Assembly: GCF_006345805.1 (NCBI RefSeq)
Contig: NC_042998.1
Coordinates: forward strand, 99,882,001 to 99,946,000
Source: Octopus sinensis
Lineage: Eukaryota
Direction of reading: 5' to 3'
DNA: 64,000 nt
Below, piece by piece: positions 62,434-64,000 of the stretch. The stretch's first letter is position 1. Each line of letters starts with the position of its first letter. The notes below the pieces were generated by a model. That model had not been told where the DNA came from, did no database searches, and worked only from the letters and a program-made list of their open reading frames with translations. The translations under genes and the position numbers were made by a program.

Positions 62434-64000
62434 GGTGATGATGATGATGATGATGATGACAGTGGGTTTGATTATACTTCCAACAGGTATAAATTGGATA
62501 ATGATGGGTTCCACCAAGTTAACTTGCCCTATTATAAAATATGAATACGTATATAGGTTGTTTAACTCTAGGTCAGCTTCCCTGGATCAGGTGTATGACC
62601 GGAAAGTACTCTACCTATGACCATTCCATCCCTTTTTTTTTTTTTACCAGATCAATGTCCACCATATCTTTTGTCTTTTGTTTTTTTTAGACAGACTGAT
62701 ATGATTTGAGGGAAATGTAGCTGCTATTTCCAGCTAATCTTTTGAATATTTTAAGACACTCTCATATGCTAATACATGTGTGTTTTGTGTCCCATTAATG
62801 CTGAAAGTTTTAAGGTCTCTACGTCTGCTTTATTTATTTGTTTAGCCATCTAGTTATCTAATTCAATGTTGTTGAAAGGCAAAGAGTTGTTATCTCCACA
62901 CAAATACTATAGTAAATTTGTCTTTCATCAATGTATTTATGATACATAGATACTTCTATTGCATATAATGGATATTTATTTTGTTGTTTTTCCATGGAAC
63001 TGAATAGAAATTTACCAATAGAAAACAATACAAACACAGTTCTTGTCATTGGAGGAGTGCACTGGCTTAATAAACATCACATCGACATCATCAAGCGAGG
63101 GCTGAAAAGGTTGGTTGGTTATTTTCACTTTTAGTGTTGTTTTCTTGTTGCTGTTTTTCCATTTTGGTGTTTTTATTTTTATATTCTTATTCTTTTAATT
63201 TCCAAAATCACCATCATGAAAGTTCATTTTGTTGTTACTGTTTCCAGACCCATCTTAGGTCTGATCAAGCAAACTTATGATCAAAATTTTCTAGCTTAGT
63301 TTCAGGGAAGCTAATTTAAGAGAAATTAGCCAAGTCAGATGATCTTATAGAAACTCCTTCAGTGAACATGATGATGGTAGCGGTGGCATCATTGTCATGG
63401 CTATTCTTCAACCTAGAACTCATAGAGGAACAATGACTTGTAAAGTTCCTCTCACAAACAATTTGCTATTTTAATTGCAAAAGTCACATTTACCTTTCAT
63501 TCCTTTCGAGGTTGATAAAATAAAGTACCAATCAAGTACTGGAGGTTATTCTAATGGACTTGTCTCATCATCTCTAAATTGTTATCTATGGACCAAAATT
63601 TAAAACAATGATTATTATCCACTTGTGTCACAGCATATTGCTGGTGATTATCATTATTTAGGTGGTGAGCTGGCAGAATTATTAGCATGCCAGATGAAAT
63701 ACCTAATGGAATTTCATCCATTTTTATGTTCTGAGTTCGAAGTCCACTGAGATTGACTTGGCCTTTCATCTTTTTGGGATTGATAAAGTAAAAATCATTT
63801 GAACACTGGGGTCAATATAATCAACTTAACCCCACTGCCGAAATTGCTGGCCTTGTGCTAAAATTTGAAGCCATTATTATCATTGTTGTTGTTGTTCTTG
63901 TTTTTATTATTGTTATTGCAATTATTGTTGTAGGGAAGGATTAACAGGAATATTTCTGGTCATTAAAGACTTAGGTGCAGGCTTCCATCAACCTGTGGAA
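4324..64000 (+). CDS. CPED1: CPED1 orthologue, partial multi-exon gene (19 exons recovered; 5' start unresolved, 3' end beyond window)
   Basis: 19 GT-AG exons whose phases chain without a stop (2676 nt, 892 codons). Peptides match human CPED1 as I recall it, in order, e.g. [67 protein letters not shown]. Confidence 0.95.
7922..8163. mobile_element. TTAA-flanked piggyBac-type MITE; homologous eroded copy at ~61290-61500
   Basis: TTAA at both ends with short imperfect TIR; shared blocks cttgttttcagactt and gactgaaaa..tgggaatgtgtat in both copies. Confidence 0.5.
8424..8575 (+). CDS. CPED1: CPED1 exon 2 ([27 protein letters not shown]...GLRDFQK), phase 1 to 0
   Basis: ttacag/gtattg; only one frame is open throughout; phases fit both neighbours. 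Confidence 0.85.
8738..8880 (+). mobile_element. tRNA-derived SINE 5' fragment
   Basis: A-box-like tggcctagcgg, B-box-like ggttccattcc, followed by tccttgagcagagcactt core. Confidence 0.65.
9275..9416. mobile_element. hAT-like MITE
   Basis: gcatgggcaact ... agttcgcccatgc terminal inverted repeat; GC-rich subterminal gcgagccgc; no TSD found. Confidence 0.55.
9486..10165 (+). mobile_element. 5'-truncated CR1/L2-group LINE (RT C-terminus plus 3' UTR)
   Basis: [30 protein letters not shown] continuing into ORF 9642..10073 ([27 protein letters not shown]). Confidence 0.88.
10168..11300. repeat. ~1.1-kb imperfect (TA)n microsatellite
   Basis: Directly visible; source of many poly-YI ORFs. Confidence 0.98.
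11305..11610 (+). mobile_element. SINE family B (tRNA head, internal (GT)n); other copies ~15425-15560(-), 41240-41475(+), 46025-46175(+), 46560-46740(-), 48430-48800(-), 52012-52400(+), 56480-56660(-), 57690-57940(+)
   Basis: Shared blocks such as gcttgacaa..tgtttac..gtaacttagc..ggcaaaagag..tagaataag and tatagcc..ccaaagccttg..acagaaactgaaagaag. Confidence 0.85.
11831..13247 (+). mobile_element. Possible piggyBac relic
   Basis: TTAA-bounded ends; 11910-11990 translates to [19 protein letters not shown], resembling the piggyBac C-terminal Cys-rich domain. Confidence 0.3.
14298..14690 (+). mobile_element. Tc1/IS630-like (DD34E-type) transposase fragment
   Basis: [11 protein letters not shown]...[15 protein letters not shown] across frameshifts. 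Confidence 0.8.
15150..15415 (+). mobile_element. Possible Helentron/DINE-1-like non-autonomous element end
   Basis: aaatttgagcgcaattggatg..gagatcctagaagac followed by (GACA)n and an AT-rich end; architecture recalled from DINE-1/Lep1 elements. Confidence 0.4.
15628..15712 (+). CDS. CPED1: CPED1 exon 3 ([28 protein letters not shown]), phase 0 to 1
   Basis: ctccag/gtaagt; FQK|VNHIP matches the TTLL QKxNHFP motif. Confidence 0.88.
17248..17973 (-). mobile_element. Internally deleted Tc1/mariner element with ~35-bp TIRs
   Basis: agggtggatgaaaagtaagtaggcatt versus aatgcctaattactttccacccaccctg+TA; ORF 17368..17613 with [23 protein letters not shown]. Confidence 0.9.
17976..18283. repeat. Compound (TATG)n-(TAGG)n-(GGGA)n microsatellite
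   Basis: Directly visible. Confidence 0.98.
19784..19982 (+). CDS. CPED1: CPED1 exon 4 ([15 protein letters not shown]...KIILQ), phase 1 to 2
   Basis: ttccag/gttggg; overlaps ORF 19822..20016; phases fit. Confidence 0.85.
20500..21340 (+). mobile_element. Decayed maT/DD37D-like Tc1/mariner transposase with internal deletion
   Basis: [12 protein letters not shown] (HTH), [38 protein letters not shown]; ends approximate. Confidence 0.8.
26859..27039 (+). CDS. CPED1: CPED1 exon 5 (KPSSDIIF...[19 protein letters not shown]...KYLK), phase 2 to 0
   Basis: cttcag/gtcagt; matches the AYVLVTSLTPLRAF block of CPED1 and TTLL proteins. Confidence 0.92.
28396..28740 (+). mobile_element. RTE-clade (Rex3/Expander-like) LINE 3' fragment
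   Basis: [16 protein letters not shown] and [25 protein letters not shown] resemble the RTE C-terminus. Confidence 0.65.
31232..31404 (+). CDS. CPED1: CPED1 exon 6 ([14 protein letters not shown]...[11 protein letters not shown]...KNIL), phase 0 to 2
   Basis: aaacag/gtgagt; open frame; helical pattern like human MKEAIGKLLLAAE. Confidence 0.85.
34448..34684 (+). mobile_element. SINE family A, full-length young copy with 11-bp TSD; other copies ~1790-1930, 7618-7760(-), 17085-17175, 26137-26338(-), 26363-26480, 41005-41205, 47338-47560(-), 50110-50310, 53322-53516(-), 58447-58655, 60085-60215, 63485-63605, 63659-63870
   Basis: ggcggcgagctggcagaa head, gagttcaaattcc B box; ttagatataaa at 34434-34444 and 34685-34695. 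Confidence 0.9.
34876..37030 (-). mobile_element. Full-length decayed Penelope-like element (RT plus GIY-YIG) with inverted 5' pseudo-LTR
   Basis: Minus strand: [48 protein letters not shown] (36034-36045), [19 protein letters not shown]; 34876-34982 is the reverse complement of 36913-37030. Confidence 0.93.
36943..36988 (+). ncRNA. Minimal type-I hammerhead motif in the PLE pseudo-LTR
   Basis: AACAC-CUGAUGA-A-GACUGG(agaguaca)UCAGUU-GAAA-CGUU-GUGGU; palindromic ACGU helix III; putative site after 36983. Confidence 0.78.
37103..37175 (+). CDS. CPED1: CPED1 exon 7 ([24 protein letters not shown]), phase 2 to 0
   Basis: tctcag/gtaagt; matches human CRFCFQLLTFDI and TTLL CFELxGFD..PWLLE. Confidence 0.93.
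37534..37905 (+). mobile_element. CR1/L2-type LINE 3' end with (TTA)n tail; related tails at ~48160-48327 and 49930-49980
   Basis: [27 protein letters not shown] then gcacctgagcactgtatacaata and (TTA)n. Confidence 0.85.
39044..39086 (-). ncRNA. Eroded minimal hammerhead motif (probable solo PLE pseudo-LTR relic)
   Basis: GCUUUG-CUGAUGA-14 nt-GAAA-CAUGUC-UGGAGU; core intact, palindromic ACAUGU helix III; helices I and II depend on G-U pairs. Confidence 0.55.
39264..39721 (+). mobile_element. Young RTE-LINE 3'-UTR-type retroposon with (GAT)n tail; other tail copies ~27135-27350(-), 32410-32830, 41500-41640, 41640-41880(-), 43700-43935, 46320-46560(-), 52780-52980(-), 54370-54640(-), 57190-57470, 61035-61230(-), 61870-62080(-)
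   Basis: Same 3' end as the LINE at 58672-60075 (ggttggcattaggaagggcatccagctgtagaaac..ccatgc.agcatgga..gttaaa(GAT)n); possible TSD tgatgaa. Confidence 0.88.
40343..40667 (-). mobile_element. Full-length tRNA-derived SINE family C with 15-bp TSD
   Basis: tatattctcacatct at 40328-40342 and 40668-40682; minus-strand A box tggcccagtgg, B box gtttcgattcc, A-rich tail. Confidence 0.92.
42131..42283 (+). CDS. CPED1: CPED1 exon 8 ([16 protein letters not shown]...DIGLM), phase 0 to 0
   Basis: ttctag/gtgagt; 51 open codons; phases fit; weak sequence conservation. Confidence 0.8.
44495..44599 (+). CDS. CPED1: CPED1 exon 9 ([35 protein letters not shown]), phase 0 to 0
   Basis: tttcag/gtaagg; resembles human QCLSLEEINSI..ELGSLGQF. 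Confidence 0.88.
47916..48145. mobile_element. 230-bp near-perfect palindrome (111-bp arms, 8-nt loop) related to the 574-897 element
   Basis: 47916-48026 pairs with 48035-48145; loop aatgtacc. Confidence 0.9.
48888..49156 (+). CDS. CPED1: CPED1 exon 10 ([12 protein letters not shown]...DMDPNISK), phase 0 to 2
   Basis: tggcag/gtaaga; within ORF 48876..49160; LYPS matches human LLFPS. Confidence 0.88.
51205..51293 (+). CDS. CPED1: CPED1 exon 11 ([29 protein letters not shown]), phase 2 to 1
   Basis: atccag/gtaagt; open frame; bridges phase 2 to phase 1. Confidence 0.78.
53800..53829 (+). CDS. CPED1: CPED1 exon 12, 30-nt microexon ([11 protein letters not shown]), phase 1 to 1
   Basis: long polypyrimidine tract plus cag, gtattt donor; CSED matches human CSDD. 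Confidence 0.8.
54171..54360 (+). CDS. CPED1: CPED1 exon 13, cadherin-like beta-sandwich first half ([22 protein letters not shown]), phase 1 to 2
   Basis: tttcag/gtaaaa; LxPxFDPxIxxY motif of the cadherin-like beta-sandwich family. Confidence 0.93.
55282..55456 (+). CDS. CPED1: CPED1 exon 14, cadherin-like second half ([19 protein letters not shown]...CSLKQ), phase 2 to 0
   Basis: weak tgaag acceptor, gtaaga donor; matches human YPLGLGMNKISIFVVD..TYKLTIYR. Confidence 0.92.
55592..56454 (+). mobile_element. Internally deleted mariner (DD34D)
   Basis: [22 protein letters not shown]; YDNTGPH; YSPDLAPSD; [13 protein letters not shown]; aattatccgcact versus agtgcgtataattttgactcacctcgta ends. 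Confidence 0.92.
57007..57130 (+). CDS. CPED1: CPED1 exon 15 ([14 protein letters not shown]...CVTADMP), phase 0 to 1
   Basis: ttctag/gtatgg; conserved cysteine spacing. Confidence 0.92.
58252..58388 (+). CDS. CPED1: CPED1 exon 16 ([28 protein letters not shown]...CFTNKK), phase 1 to 0
   Basis: tttcag/gtttgt; Cys/Trp-rich region N-terminal to the PC-esterase domain. Confidence 0.94.
58672..60075 (+). mobile_element. 5'-truncated decayed RTE-clade LINE
   Basis: [29 protein letters not shown] with YA deleted, [18 protein letters not shown], conserved 3' UTR and GAT tail. Confidence 0.92.
60650..60870 (+). CDS. CPED1: CPED1 exon 17, PC-esterase GDS motif ([11 protein letters not shown]...FYQLLRK), phase 0 to 2
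   Basis: ttttag/gtaagt; near-identical to human [25 protein letters not shown]. Confidence 0.96.
62336..62460. repeat. (CAT)n/(GAT)n/(GGT)n trinucleotide tract
   Basis: Directly visible; source of the poly-M ORF 62363..62620. Confidence 0.95.
63008..63109 (+). CDS. CPED1: CPED1 exon 18 ([34 protein letters not shown]), phase 2 to 2
   Basis: gaatag/gttggt; matches human PLENTGQTVLVVGGVQWLN. Confidence 0.94.
63934..64000 (+). CDS. CPED1: CPED1 exon 19, truncated by window edge ([22 protein letters not shown])
   Basis: ttgtag acceptor; matches human VIIKTLGIGFHLPVD. Confidence 0.92.

Noticed and set aside
4475-63933. U12-type or non-canonical introns
   Set aside because: All 18 modelled introns are GT-AG and none has the RTATCCT donor consensus.

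Overview
AT-rich, microsatellite- and repeat-dense eukaryotic DNA. The SINE and LINE families look like those of Octopus (coleoid cephalopod); this is inferred from recalled repeat consensus sequences. One plus-strand gene spans almost the whole window: a CPED1 (cadherin-like and PC-esterase domain-containing 1, C7orf58) orthologue. I reconstructed 19 GT-AG exons by hand from 4324 to the window end. Their phases chain into one open frame of 892 codons: a TTL/TTLL-like ATP-grasp region, a cadherin-like beta-sandwich, then a PC-esterase domain with an intact GDS motif. The N-terminal exon(s) are unresolved and the C-terminus lies beyond 64000. The introns hold decayed Tc1/mariner elements, RTE and CR1/L2-type LINE ends, one full-length decayed Penelope-like element (PLE), three tRNA-derived SINE families and many microsatellites. 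The most notable unexplained structure is as follows. (1) Several minimal type-I hammerhead motifs with palindromic helix III, one inside a 117-bp-arm foldback element and one in host sense orientation about 120 nt upstream of an exon. (2) An inverted insertion at 50621-50956 that reproduces the head-to-tail junction of 54767-56062 and is capped by a 70-bp palindrome. (3) An apparent CpG-erosion boundary near 24 kb. (4) An unusual number of intronic foldbacks. All coordinates and alignments were made by eye; no searches were run.
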